DNA of 64,000 nt from Macrostomum lignano (taxonomy: Eukaryota): contig NIVC01000583.1 in NCBI GenBank assembly GCA_002269645.1, positions 1 to 64,000 of the forward strand. The letters run 5' to 3'. Below, one piece after another: positions 14,901 to 28,081 of this stretch; position 1 is the stretch's first letter; each line of letters begins with the position of its first letter. The notes under the pieces are model-generated. The model had not been told where the DNA came from. It was given only the letters and a program-made list of their open reading frames with translations, and made no database searches. The position numbers and the translations under genes are program-made.

Positions 14901-16288
14901 CAGATCCCATGGAACCGATTCGATATATAGAGAACTGATTTACCATCGGAATCAATAACAGTGACGAGGTCACAGCTCTGCACAGCCAGCAGGGGAATTG
15001 GTTCCGGCTTGGTGGATGCCAAGCCGCTGCCACCGCCTTCAAATTGTAGAGACCTGCGCGTGAGACAATAAGTAGTAATAAATCACTCTGTTTGTCATTA
15101 TTTGCATTAGCGGCTTTTTGGGAGGGATATTAAGACAGTAGAATTTGACATGTAGGCAAGGTAAGGAAATTAAATTTTTTTGAAAAGGCCAGTTTTAAAG
15201 ATAAAAGTTTTACTACATAAGAGGAGAGAAGTCTGAGGCGCGAGAGAAAGAGTAGACGGGACGGAGGTGAGAGGGGGAGAGGAGAGGATAAATGAAAGGG
15301 TATAGGGAAAAGGGAAAAGGAGAGGGGAAAGGAGAATGAAAGAGGGGAGAGGGGACAGGGAAAGAAAGGAAGAGGGGAGAAGAAGGAGAGGGAAAGAGGG
15401 GAGAGAGGAGGGAAAGGTCGGGAAGAGGTGAGAGGGGAGGGGAAAGGTCGGGAAGAGGTGAGAGAGGAGAAAGGTCGGGAAGAGGGGAGAGAGGAGGGAA
15501 AGGTCGGGAAGAGGTGAGGGGAAAGGTCGGGAAGAGGTGAGGGGAAAGGTCGGGAAGAGGTGAGAGGGGAGGGGAAAGGACGGGAAGAGGTGAGAGAGGA
15601 GGAGAAAGGTCGGGAAGAGGTGAGGGGAAAGGTCGGGAAGAGGTGAGAGGGGAGGGGAAAGGACGGGAAGAGGGGAGAGAGGAGAAAGGTCGGGAAGAGG
15701 TGAGAGGGAGGGGAAAGGTCGGGAAGAGGTGAGAGGGGAGGGGAAAGGTCGGGAAGAGGCTAGGGGAGGGGAAAAGAGCGGGAGAAGAGAGGGGAGGAAA
15801 AGGAGAGGGGAGATAAGAGGTAAAGAATAGGAACCTGAGAGTGAGGGAAAGCCAGAGGACAAGGCGCACCGCTGATCAGTCGCCAGCCGGCAGACGAACA
15901 CTCCGGCTGCTGAGCCGCCCAAGGACAGCTCGAAAGTGCAGCCAGCGATAAGCAGGCGGATCTGTCGGCCATAGAAGCCGGCTTCAGCTCTGGTGGCCTC
16001 GGCGCATGCCTGGCAGTGCAGCACGGGATCCACAAAGCCCATGCGCGGCAGCGGCAGGCGGCGCTGGCAGCATTGTGAGCAGGCACACACCCCACAGCGC
16101 CGGCAGTGATGGCGCCGGTTTGATAGGCTAAACCAGCAGCTGCAAAGACTACAGGCTGGACAGTCGCGATCACTCTGCCAGGCGGGTTCGTCTAAGGACA
16201 GCGGTGAGGGCTCGCTGCTGCCAGCTGAATCGTGCGGCACCATGCGGAGCCCGCTGCGACTGCGGATGAGCTGCTTGCCAGAGGACAT
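11999..16288 (-). CDS. ZFYVE21: Zinc finger FYVE domain-containing protein 21 homolog, 241 aa. Exons 16288-15870, 15053-14944, 13802-13672, 12064-11999.
   Basis: K.L.RS.SGLRMVP N-terminus, FYVE motif RRHHCRRCG, RMGFVDPV..C..C, and C-terminal AWVSAL match the ZFYVE21 family. All three introns are GT-AG with consistent phases (2,1,0); CDS is 726 nt. Confidence 0.92.
12125..13555 (+). repeat. Minisatellite, 26-27-bp unit AATAGGGGCGATTTTTCTAGGATTGTA (ZFYVE21 intron 3)
   Basis: About 50 tandem copies. Confidence 0.95.
13826..14712 (+). repeat. Minisatellite, 23-bp unit CGATTGATGAAGCTGACTCTGTG (ZFYVE21 intron 2)
   Basis: Tandem copies seen directly. Confidence 0.95.
15230..15830 (+). repeat. Purine-rich degenerate repeat GGGAAAGGTCGGGAAGAGGTGAGA (ZFYVE21 intron 1)
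   Basis: Seen directly; it explains the false low-complexity extension of ORF 15170..16288. Confidence 0.9.
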
Positions 16289-19149
16289 GAAAAAATTTGT
16301 GTCAAAAAGTAGTTAGACACATACGAATTGAATTCACGACCATCTATAACTTTAAATATGTGAGAGAACTGCTTTTCAAGTTCCGAAACTGGGCATCACT
16401 CCATGGAACTAATCTATTTAAACCCAATATACATATAGATCATATTGATGCCATATAATTTTTATTTTAAACAAACTTGCTTTAGTTGGCTACTAGGCCT
16501 ACAGTCAATAATTGACTTGTAGTTATAAAAAATATTTGTGAATTTAAGGATTATAAAATGAACTGCTATGAACTAGCCTATTAATACATTCATTTCAAAT
16601 AGAAATTTCTAGAAAGAATTTGCATACTTAACTCATTGTAAATATGGGATTCTCTCCAACTCCAAAAAATGTCAATTTTTCTTATCTATTCTGGAATCCC
16701 CCCATAATAAATGCTCAGAATGCTGTTAGACAGAATGGTTAAAGCATAATAATAATAATAGTACATAATAATTGCAAAAGCAAACTGCCCAGACAACTAT
16801 ACTAGGCCTAGCAAATTATTTGAATTTGAAGCCTGTGTTTTAACTACAAATAAAAAGCTGTAATACTAAATTCAAGAAAAATTAGAATGCAGTAATTTTT
16901 TTCTGGCACTGTATTTACTTTATAACATGAAACTGTTTTATGGCAGGGCCAACGAGCAAAAAATGCTTGAACACCTTAGTAGTTGCACATGACATAACAC
17001 ACAAATACAATACACAAATAATATTAATAAGCCAAGCCTGATTTAAACGAGAAATCCTCTTGGCTTATAAAGTCAGAAGTTGTTATATAGGCCTAGCTTA
17101 AGAAATCTAAGTAGGTACTTAGAAATGTACTTAGAAATGTACTTAGAAATGTACTTAGAAATCTAAGTAACTTAATTTTAGCAAAAATTAAGTTCCGTAA
17201 TTTACGGGCTTTAACCCTTAAAAGTTATAGTTTGACTGTTTGACTCTGGTCTAGACTCTTAAGTCAGTTTATTTCTTGCAAAACTGAATTTTGAAATAAA
17301 TCAAACGCAATTTATAAATTATCGAAAGTATAAAAGCAAAACAAATATCATTAAATAATACTATTTCGTTTCAATGTTTTTATCTGCCTTATCATTTTAA
17401 AGTCAACAAAATTTAACGTTTAATGAAATCAAACTAACCATAAATAGTCCAGAACTTGTCAAAATGTAACTTTGAAAACCCTTTTCACTTGTCTGTTAAA
17501 TTAATTATATTAAATGCAATAATTGTCCATTTGTCCTTAACTTGTGTTACTGCACATTTAATGCATTTAGTGCTATCTAGTCTTTGTTTCTGTGTTGCTA
17601 GTAGCTCATTAAGCATTGTAATAAATATTTTTATTTATATAGGCCTATCCCCGCCTATATAACATATTGATAGAAAAATATAAAGTATAGAGCCTAGGCC
17701 TATTCATAGGTATAGTAGATATACTAGTAATAGGCCTAAATTAGATTGTTGAAAATGTTCTTGCAGTTTCCAGAGCTTTCCAAACCAAGTTTTTTTTTAT
17801 ATAGAAAGACTTACAAGCGATATAGAGGGTTTCCTAGTTCTTAGTCCAGGTTTTTTTGGCAAGTCACCTTGGAAATATGCATTGTGTAGGAATCGAATTA
17901 GGCCATGATTTGGTTGCTAATTAGGTAATTTGCTAATTTGCTAATTTGATTTGGCAGCTAATCTGTCTATTTATTGGCAATGCAAGTTGGCTATAATTGA
18001 TATATTAGGTGGCAATAGCTTATAGAGCAAAACATGTTCCAATTGTCATTTCAATTGAATAGCTTCCTTGGTGAGAGAATTGGATTGTATGACATAGCCT
18101 ATAGCATGCTATCTTCAATTATTAACCACTCTGATGCAAAATGTGTTAGTTGCATTTGCATAACAACTTCCTAATCTTTCCTTGGCACCTTGTATAATCT
18201 CTTAATTGCTAGCTAAATTTTTCTTTTAGCCTCAAGGCACTCTACAGATTGTATTGGCATTACATTCCATTCTTGGCTTCTTATTGTGTTTTTCCTGTTC
18301 TGCCTTGGCTGATTTTCAAATAGCTACTAGCTTATTTGCTTTCTTTTTGATAGCCATATCCTCCTTATATTATGAACTTGCCTTCAAAGTGGCCTAGGTG
18401 AGCTTCTTAGGAATTGGCAATTTTTTTTGCCTTGAAACTCACAGAAAGTTGCACAGAAAGTTGCATGCCAAGAGTGAATTGTAAAATCTTTTATCTAAGA
18501 GCTTTGGATTAGTGCTAGCATCATGCAATTTTCCAATAAATTGTTTGGCATTTGTGTTCTCATGTCATGAAATAGAGTACAGCATAGAGATGCAAAACAA
18601 GATGTGGGTACTTTTTAGTCTTTGCAGCGCTTTTTCCAACTATAGGCAATGTCACAATTGTTAGGCAAAAGGAGTTCACAACTTTTAGTTCACAGATCTC
18701 AGTTTGTAAAGCCTGGTTCAAATTTCCATAAATAGCTGATGCTCATAGCTAATAGCTGATTTTCAGAAATCTACTAGCTCAGTGCGACCACTACTAGCGG
18801 GTGCTACTATTGGCCTCAAATAGATGCATCACCATGCAGTTCAATTTAGCCTAACCTGCGAAGATAATAGGCAATATTTGACCCTTGGCCACTGTTACGA
18901 GTATATAAAGTACAAGCTGTTGAAACCCGCGGATTTTGAACCCGGGGAATTCCAATCCCCGGAACTACTTTTGCATGTATTCTGAAATCTAAGGCCATAC
19001 ACAAACAAAAACTTGTTAATAGTTAGTAGGATAGAGGTACACATAAAATGAAGCACATTCGTGTAAAATTAGGGTTTGAGACATTGTTGGCTAGGGTACT
19101 GCGCAGAATGTCAGGCAATGTCTGTCTGACTAAAACATATATTGCTAAA

Positions 19150-19828
19150 CTCTGGTCTCTCCCTGACTCTCCCTACGTCCCTTGGATCCTTTAAAATTTC
19201 TATCGTCTCTTTGTTTCCTCTCATCTCTCTCGTCCCTCGTCTCTCCTCTCTCCTCTCTCCTCTCCCCCTCTTCTCTCGTATCTTTCCTCATCTCTCTTCT
19301 CTTTCATCCCTGTTATCTCATCTCTTGTCTCTTCTTTTCTCTCTCCTCTCCTCTCTCCTCTCCTCTCTCTTCTCTCCTCTCTTCTCTCGTATCTTCCCTC
19401 ATCTCTCTTCTCTTTCATCCCTCTTATCTCATCTCTTGTCTCTTCTTTTCTCTCTCCTCTCCTCTCTCCTCTCTCCCCCTCTCCTCTCTCCTCTCACCCC
19501 CTCTTCTCTCTTATCTTCCTTCTCCTTTCTATTCTTTTCTCTCTTCTCTTAACTCTCTCCTCTACTCTCTCATCTCTCCCCTCTTCTCTCGTATCTTCCC
19601 TCACCTCTCTTCTCTTTCATCTCTCTTATCTCATCTCTTGTCTCTTCGTTTCTCTCTCATCTCCTTTCTCCTCTCTCCCCCTCTCCTCTCTCCTCTACTC
19701 TCTTATCTCTCCCCTCTCCCCTCTTCTCTCGTCTCTTCCCTCACCTCTTTTCTCTCTCGTCTTTGCTCTCTCATCATTCCTTTCTCTTCTTTTATCTTTT
19801 ATCTCTTATCTCTTCTCATTTCTCTCTG

Positions 19829-19894
<66 letters not shown>

Positions 19895-20770
19895 GTCTTT
19901 CTCTCTTATCTCTTCTCCTCTCTCTACTCTCTCCCCTCTCCATTCTCCTCTTTCCTCTCCTCTCTCCTCACTCACTTCTCTACCTTTGTCTCTCCTCTCT
20001 CCTCACTCACTTCTCTACCTTTGTCTCTCCTCTCTCCTCACTCACTTCTCTACCTTTGTCTCTCCTCTCTCCTCACTCACTTCTCTACCTTTGTCTCTCC
20101 TCTCTCCTCACTCACTTCTCTACCTTTGTCTCTCCTCTCTCCTCACTCACTTCTCTACCTTTGTCTCTCCTCTCTCCTCTCGTCTCTGTAACCTCTCCTC
20201 TGTTCTCTCTACTCTCCCATCTTTTATCTGTTCACTCTCGTCTCTGCTCTCTCATCCCCCTCTTTAATCTGGCATCTCTGTCTTATATGTTCTCTCACCT
20301 CTCTCCTCTGTACTCTTTTCTTTCCCCTCTTTTGACTCCCCACTTTCCTTTCTACTTTCTTCTTTTCTCTTCTCTTCCCTTTTCTATACTCTGTCTCCCT
20401 CTCTTCTCTCACTCCACTCTCCTCTCTCCTTTATCTCTCATCTCTCATTTCTCATCTCTCCTTCCACCTCTCTCATCTCTACAACCTTAGAGATGTAGAG
20501 ATGTATCTTTATCTCTTCTCTCTTCCCTTTACTCTCTCATCTCTTTTTTCACCTGTTTCCTCTCTGCTGTCTCCTCTCTCCTCTCATCTGCAGCTCTCTG
20601 CTCTCTCATCTCTACTCTCTGCTCTCGCTTTTCCTCTCTCCCCTCTTCTCCCCCTCTCTCTCATCGTCCTCACCCCCTCATCTCTCCTATTATCTTTTAT
20701 CTTTTCTTTTTATCCCCTCTGTCGCCTCTCCTCTCTTCAAATCGTCTATTCCTTCTTCTTTCCACTTTCA
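19150..20770 (+). repeat. CT-rich low-complexity tract with a (CT)n microsatellite (~19830-19890) and local tandem duplications
   Basis: Seen directly. Confidence 0.9.
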
Positions 20771-22068
20771 TCTGCCCCTCAGCTATGAGCTGGATTCTTT
20801 ATCTGGCCTTTGAGATAAAAATCTGCTGATCCCTGCTTCGAAAGCCAGTTTGTGGGACGTAGTACTATCATGGTTGTTATCATTTCTCATGCTTTAATCA
20901 CGTCATCTTTCTGGCCAATTAGCAGCCCTGAGAGAAATTTGTATATCTCCAGCTCCACCACCACAGTCTGCAGCAGTCTAACAACCATGGAAATACGCAT
21001 TTCTTAGGAGGCCAGTTAAATTTTAAAGTACCTTATGCGAATCTTAATGTTAAAATTTTCATGGTGTAACCAATTTAGTAGGATTGCATTGTAATCAGTT
21101 ATTCATTAATTTTTAGATATTTTTATAAACCATCCCACATCGCCTTGATTTGCCATCCTTGTTTAACTGCATGCTGCGACTTGTTTATACAGAGGACAGT
21201 AGTTTGAATCTCCCGCTAAACTCTCTCCTCTCAACGCCTCTCCACTCGCGGGGGTACAGAGAAGGCTATTAAAAAGTTATTCCAAAACACTGTACACTCG
21301 CTATGTACATTGAGCCCCATCGCCTGACCCTTCGTCTGGGGGAATGAGTTGGATGAGCGGCAAACAACAGAAAAAGCAGACAAACTTCACATGCTTACAG
21401 TTTCTTTTTCGGTTGAGTTACAGAGTTGAAACTTTACATTTAGATAGAGAATGAGTCAATGAAGAATTGTGTCAAGTTTGAAGTCAATCGCTTTACGTGG
21501 AGCAAACTTATGGCAGCCGAAAGTTAGTTATTTTAAAACCCATTTACACCCTTTGCCCAGATCGGGAAAGAGGCAGGCGGGCGGAGGTTGGGGTGGCTGT
21601 CTCGCTGAAAAAAACAGCCAAACTTTAAAAGTGCACAGCGCCGTTCAGGATTAACTTTGAGACTCGAAATTTTACACGATTGTGTCAAAATAGTTGAAAA
21701 TTGATTGTGTCAAATTTGAAGAGAATCGGTAGAAGTGGAGCGGCGCTAAGGAGGCTTTAGTAAAAAAATCGCGCATTTTGAGCAGTTTTTTGCACTTTTA
21801 GGTAGGAAGACTCAAATTTAGGAAATTTAAAGGTAGCCTAAGACATTCTCCGTAGTGAGTTTAGGGTGGGTGTAAAATTTAGTGTCATTTGGTTGAGCGG
21901 TTTGGGAGTCCATAGCGATCAAAATTGTCCACACACACACAGACAGAGTTTTGATTTTTATAGGTAGAGATTTCAGTCTAGTGCTAGCCCTATCTGTGCT
22001 TTGGACAGGGCGCTTTCAATCTAAGAAATCTTGACCAGAAAGCTGTGACCAGCTTTCAGATTTCAAAC

Positions 22069-23385
22069 ATGCTTTCACGAGCCAAGAAGCTACTGCTACT
22101 GGCAATCGTAACGATACTGCAACATCATAGGCTGATCAGGCAAGGCTGCCGCCCTAGGCGATGCTGGCAGAGACCGAGTCATCAATGAAGAGAAGAGCTT
22201 GGCGAGTTTGCCGGATTGATCCCACATCTACAAGATAGAGACTCGGAGATGTAATTCAAGTATATGTGCATGTGCCCAGCTCGGTTTGAGCATCTGCTTT
22301 CACTGGTTGCAACCAAACTCTCCAGGCCATGTGCAAGAAGAGAGGCCATTCCGGCAGAGGAGAAGCTAATGATGATGCTTTGCTACCTGGCTTCGGGTTG
22401 CAGCCAAGCCGACGTGTTGTTTTGATTTGGCCAAGGACACTCTACTATGTCAGGGGTCATGTTCGAGACTGCAATTGCCATCTACGACAAGTTGACGTCA
22501 ACATGTCTAAAGTTTCCTGCATCTGCAGAAGAATGGAAAGCAATCGCTGGTGGATTCTGGGAAAAGTGGCATTTTCCGAACTGCCTCGGTGCAATTGACG
22601 GCAAGCATTTTAAGGTTCATTGTCCAAGAAACACCGGCTCCCAGTACTTCAATTACAAGCAACAGTTCAGCTCACTGGTACTCGCCATGTGCGATAGTAA
22701 CTACATCTTCACATACATAGAGAGTGGCAGCGCAGGGAGAGAAGGAGATGCTGGAGTCTTCTCACATTCAGCCTTGTATGCTGGATTGGAGTCTAGATTG
22801 GTGAAAGTCCTGGAGCCTTCCTGAATTTCTGGCAGTAGCCTTGTCATGCCATTTGCAATTGTCAGTGATGAGGCTTTCCCGCTGAAGAATTATCTCATGC
22901 GCCTGTTCCCGGGGTGCAGCGGAATGGTACCATTGGACTACAAGATGCAAGTGTTCAACTATCGGCTGTCTTGAGCAAGATGCACAATTGAGAATGCATT
23001 TGGAATCCTGGTGACTCACTGGCAACTCTTCCTGCAGCCTGTCATAGCAAGAATCGATCACGTTGAGGCCTTTATTCGGTGTGCATTTGTACTGCATAAC
23101 TTCATGCAAATAGAGGACAAGGCCAACATTACAGCAGCTCAGTCCTACATGCCACCTGGAAGTGTTGACCAGGAACTGCCCACCGGCCAGGTACAGGAGG
23201 GTTCATGGAAATCCACCGTGACAGGCAGCGTCAGGGTAATGCCAGCCCGGAATCTGGGTTGAAATCAAAGCAGCGCCTCCACTCGGGAGCAACAGATGCT
23301 GCTGAGGGACTTCTTCGTCAGCCCCAATGGTGCCATTCCATGGCAGAGTGCAATGATACATGTATCTACTGATGATAATCGATAA
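22069..23385 (+). pseudogene. Harbinger (DDE_Tnp_4/HARBI1-like) transposase pseudogene
   Basis: One frame from ATG 22069 with six in-frame stops and no frameshift. Motifs: FPNCLGAIDGKH, YFNYK, DAGVF, DEAFPL, FNYRLS.AR..IENAFG, LHNF, RDFF.SP.G.IPWQ. Confidence 0.92.
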
Positions 23386-23712
23386 TACTGTTGATTAATC
23401 ATTAATTTATTTCGCATGTTTATTTCGCATACAGAACGTGAATTTATGAGCTAATTTTTTGGAAATTTCAAACAAGGTGGCAAGAAAGTACAATGCTGCA
23501 GCAGAAAGTAATCCAAACTCATAAATAAATTGACAAGACTAGAGACAATATTTTCAACATTTTCATTTATGATTTCATTATATTTTCTGTCTCTCTCGAT
23601 CTCTGCACTTGCTTTCTGACATGCACAATGCAATCTGGTCATGAAAAAAAGGAAAAAAGATTTGCTTCTAGTTTGCAAATATTGCACTCTATCGCTTTTA
23701 TCTCACGCACTT

Positions 23713-24540
23713 CTAGGAGTCATTGGGAGGTGTGACCGTGGATATGATGGAGCCAAGCATGTCGTCGAAGGAAACTGATCCAGCAGTGGCATCAGCGGCA
23801 GGCTCAGTTTGGATGGCAATGCTTTGGGGCAGGCCGTGGAGTTGGATTATGAACAACTCGCTCCGCAGGTGTGCCATGGCATAGTCGCGCTCAATTTGCG
23901 TTGGAAGCCAATGGATGGCTTGTCCAATTGCTTGGCCAAAGGAGGCATATTTGTCCTCATCTTTTGTCAGTTGCTGAGTCAACTGGCTGAGGGCAGTATC
24001 CAGCTTTGATGCTTCTGTTGCAGTTGCCTTTCTGGCCTTCTTTGGCACACTTTCCGCAAACTCTCGCATTGACGCCTCACTGGGGTCAGTTGTTGCAGCC
24101 TGTGCCTCTGCTCGACTAGACTGTTGCGCCTCATCATTGACCGAGGTTGCCTGCTGAGAGGGTCCAGCAGATCTCACAGGTACAAGTTCTGGTGTGGGCG
24201 GAGGCACATTTGAGATAGTATCGCCAATGTATTTACACTTGTCCAGGAAGTTCATGCGACTGTATATTCCCAACCGCCTGGGAATAGGCTTGACCGCACT
24301 CCCACTCGGAAGCTTGCTTCCACGCCAGAAAACAAAGTAGTCACGCTTGAGACCTTGAAACCGTTTGAGGCACCAAGTTGCATCCTTGCCCAAAGTCTCA
24401 GCAATCTGATTCCATGCGCTGGTTTTTGCCTGCTGATCCTTGAATTTTCGGCTTGAGATGTTGTAGACAACTTCATGTTTGGCAACTTCATCTATCAGAG
24501 TTACATCCAACTTCGGAGTCTCGTGTGACAAGTCAGACAT
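23713..24540 (-). CDS. Harbinger ORF2: MADF/Myb-SANT-like DNA-binding protein, 275 aa, ORF intact
   Basis: LIDEVAKHEVVYN..S..FKD..AK..AW..IA..LG..C..RF..L...Y is a MADF pattern. It is convergent with the transposase, as in Harbinger two-gene elements. Confidence 0.88.
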   Translation of the reverse strand: MSDLSHETPKLDVTLIDEVAKHEVVYNISSRKFKDQQAKTSAWNQIAETLGKDATWCLKRFQGLKRDYFVFWRGSKLPSGSAVKPIPRRLGIYSRMNFLDKCKYIGDTISNVPPPTPELVPVRSAGPSQQATSVNDEAQQSSRAEAQAATTDPSEASMREFAESVPKKARKATATEASKLDTALSQLTQQLTKDEDKYASFGQAIGQAIHWLPTQIERDYAMAHLRSELFIIQLHGLPQSIAIQTEPAADATAGSVSFDDMLGSIISTVTPPNDS

Positions 24541-26548
24541 TTCCAGGTATCAAGTTGTGTGGAGTTTGGGGTGAAGAATAGAGCATGGTTCTATTCGTTT
24601 CATATAGCCTCCAGCTGTGCTCCTGTCTGGTTGCGCAAGAAATTGTCTGTACTCATTGTACAGTGAGCAGTGAGCAATGACAATTGTTTAAATTTACTGT
24701 ACGCCTACCCCTGCCATCCATGCTGCAGAAGCGGACAACTCAAGGCAAGGAGTTGTGAGTGCTTATGTGAATGGGGTGCATTTTGGTTTCGTTTGCCATG
24801 CATTAAATTGAAAGTTATATTGTCCTTTCTAGTTCTAATGAATAGAACCAAATAAAATCACTATTAGAGTCCGCTAGGAGCGGCGGACTTTTGGATAGTA
24901 GAGCTGCGCATGGATAGTAGCGTTCGTAATCAGCTGGTAGCGGCGGCGAACAGCTATTAGTTTGAAGCACTGAGCTATTTGCGGAAATGTGAACCAGGCT
25001 TAAGCTACTCAATTTGCCAGCAAGAACAATTTAGGGAAGCTTTTTGGGAACAAAAATCATAGATTCTTTATCAATTTCCCTTGAAAAATCAGGGAACTTT
25101 ATGCTTTGCAGAATAATCTTTTTTAATAGCAGTTTCTCCTGCAAGTAGGTTATCACAGCAAGGTAAAATTGCTTAAAGTGATAAATGAGTGGTTGATCTT
25201 TTTTATTGTCTTGCTACCTACGACAGTCTTGCTAGTACATAATGGCAGTACTAGACATAGGCAAGTATAGGCTTTGGTTTTTAAAGCCAACAGAGACAAA
25301 TTTCCTCTTAAGGGCAAATGGCTACATAAAATAAATAGTTATCAACTCTAGAAAGGCAATCAGCTTAGTATGCAATCAATAAATAAGAACTGTGCTGCTT
25401 TCTTGAAATGAGCTCTCAAAATGGCTAGCATTGTAGCAAGCTTCAGTGTGTAGATTCCAAAGCAGAGGCCTACACAAACTATTGTGTATAAGTCTTGAAA
25501 GGCAGCTTGGAGTCATTGTATGTGCTTCAAATCATCTGCAGACTCCAAAAGAAAAGCTGTCAAAAGAGCCAAGTATTTGAGTATTCACTCTAAATGGGGC
25601 AGTAGAATTAGTCATCTTAACTCAACATTCCACTTGAAAGCAAGCTGTGCCTTTATTACAGAACCTTGATTATTAGCTGGGTTTGCCTGGTGTGTATTTA
25701 TAGAAAAATTAATGGTGTTCTAGAAATTTCTTTAAGATAATAACACAAATACAGTATTATAATATATACTGTAATTAATAAGGGTAAATGCGTTGAATAA
25801 GAATATGGCTAATAATTAAAGTATAAGTTATGTAAAGTTTAAAGGTAGAAATATTTTGCTATAGAAATTTGCAGAAAAATGGGGAAATTTCTTTTACTTA
25901 ATTTGGAAATTTTACTCATAGAATGCGCAGAAAAAGGGAAATTTCTAGAAGCTAGGTACATTGGAATAACATTGCAACAATAGTCCCCCTTGCTAGAGAT
26001 GGAGTCTCAGGATAGAATGACGATTGCGCAGTATGTACAAATTAATGACTGAATGAGCTATATACACTAAAGATGTCAATGGTCAGGTCTAAAGCCTGTC
26101 ATGAAGGAGTAGCAGGATGCGATTATGATACAGATAAGGTCAAAATCAGACCTTATCTGTATCAAAAATGTCAGAAGTAATGGTAGTCATTGTGGGCTTT
26201 AAATTGAATGCATTATCCACTGCTTGATTAGGTCGTCGGCGCCTCCTTGTCAACTTTTGGTGTATTCGCTGTAGTGGATGTTGGTGTGGCCTCCATGTCG
26301 TCCTGGTGTCTGGCTGGTGTAGAGGTTTCCTCCTGCCCCAAAGTCAGCTATATGGACTGCCTAGGCCTGCTCTGTGTTGGTGGCCTTGGCGTCAACCTGC
26401 AGGGTTTGAGCCTGTCAATGGAGATGGCTTCTTTGTGGCCAGGGTGGGACTCAATGATGAAAAACTTGGGAGTGCGCCAAATGACTGGGTACAGTCTGGA
26501 GTATGGTGCTTCCAATGGCTTCCTCACCCTGTCCATATGGACCCAAAC

Positions 26549-28077
26549 CTAATCGGTCAACCATAGCTCCTGAGGCACATGTGGTGTGGTAGATAGCTTT
26601 CTTGGTCGCTGCTCCAAGAGGTGGTCCAAGCTCAGCTGAATGGAGTTAGGGTCTTTGTCACTGACAATAACCTGTGGAAGCATCAGATGCTCGCTAGTGA
26701 GCCTGGTAAATAGGCTGAGGCCTGAATCATCCAGAGCGACATGCATGGTGGGGAATGCCAATGGGAGGTTGTCAAGCCAAGCAAGACCGCACGCCTTAAG
26801 CATTGTCTTCAGAGTCCTGTGGGCGCTCTCAATCTTCCCGTTGCACTTTGGGTGGTACACTGTGGTGCGCAGATAGTGAAAACCCAGGGCGGACAAGAGT
26901 GTCTTGAAGAGCTCGGACTCAAACTGTGGTCCACTATCAGTGATGACATATAGGAGCACTTCGAAGCGAGAAATCCAGGAAGAGATGAAAGCTGCTCCTA
27001 TACTTTGTGCTGTGATGGTCTCGAATGGTGTGGCCTCTAGCCAGCCTGTGTTGCAGTCAATCATGGTAAGGAGATTTCGAGGTGTAAGACCGCACTGAGT
27101 ATCATGTTTCCTTTTGGGAACTGGAAAAGGGCCTACAATGTCGATGTGTACCATCTTGAACCTGTTGGATGGGAGGTTGAAGGCAGCGCTACTGGCCATC
27201 ATGTGGCGGTCTATCTTGGTGCACTGACAAACCTCGCAGGACCTGCAAAAGACCTTGATCTCTGCGCGTATGCTAGTCCAGTAGTAGCAGCTGATGATCA
27301 GGTTGGCAGTCCTGTGGAATCTGTAATGACCAAGTTCATGAAAATGTTTTAGCAGTGATTCACGCATGGAAATGGGGATGACTGGGCAAGGGTAACCTGT
27401 AGAGGTCTCGCAGAGTATGTGACAGCTGTCTCCAAGTAGAAAGAAGTGGCGATGGTCTGATTTGGAAAGGTGTTCGGCAGCTTGCTGATCAGCAATTGCT
27501 GACAAGTCAGTTGACACTGCACCCTGCTTGTTGGCTACAATGGCAGTCGGCTTGTTGAGTCTGGAAAGTGCATCAGCAACAGCATTGTCTGAGCCACAGA
27601 TATATTGAAAGTCAGTGACATACTCAGACAGGATGTTCATGTAGCGCTAGTTGTGGTTGGAGTTGCCATGGGAGTTGTGCCGGAATGCCTGCTTGTGATC
27701 CATGAAGACCGTGACATGCCTGCCCTCGATCAGGTTCCAGAAGTGAAGCACAGCAAGGTAAGTGGCTAGTAGCTCTCGATCAAATGCTGAATAGGCTCGC
27801 TAGGTGGCAGAGAGCTTCTTACTGAACATGCCGATCAAGGTGGTCTGTTCTCCGATTGTCTGATGCGATGCAGCTCTGACGCTGGTAGCAGAAACATCTG
27901 TGACCATCTGATAGGCCGAGCAGTCTGGATCGGGGTGGTATAGCAGGAGACGCTCGGCGAGCTTCTTCTTGAGGTTGTTGAATGTGGCTTGGTGGATGTC
28001 GCTCCATTGGTAGGATCGAGGAGACCGTAGTGCTGCAGTGAGCAGATCCTGCAATGGGGCTACAGCAGATGCAAAAC
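26549..28077 (-). pseudogene. RNase H and integrase remnants of the outer Gypsy element
   Basis: NAVADALSR, zinc-binding HELGH..C..CEVC, VHIDIVGP, VITDSGPQFES, TTVYHPKCNG.IE..HRTLK. Confidence 0.9.
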
Positions 28078-28081
28078 CGGA

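Larger units (their letters stand above)
18710..25000. mobile_element. PIF/Harbinger DNA transposon, decayed, with extra internal sequence
   Basis: Left end AGCCTGGTTCAAATTTCCATAAATAGCT.. (18710) is an imperfect inverted repeat (~50 bp) of right end ..AGCTATTTGCGGAAATGTGAACCAGGCT (25000). Both ends are flanked by TAA (18707-18709, 25001-25003). The element encloses a Harbinger transposase and a MADF gene. Confidence 0.75.

Noticed and set aside
15170-15869. Low-complexity Pro/Ser/Leu C-terminus of the 372-aa FYVE ORF
   Set aside because: Read-through into intron 1; the real C-terminus is in three downstream exons.
20780-21010. Possible hAT zinc-finger remnant (..NW....HDSTTSHK..) on the minus strand
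   Set aside because: It needs several frameshifts and stops to assemble, so the similarity is too weak.
25640-25660. TSD for the outer Gypsy element
   Set aside because: The left LTR end is missing, so GGCCT at 42290 has no adjacent partner.
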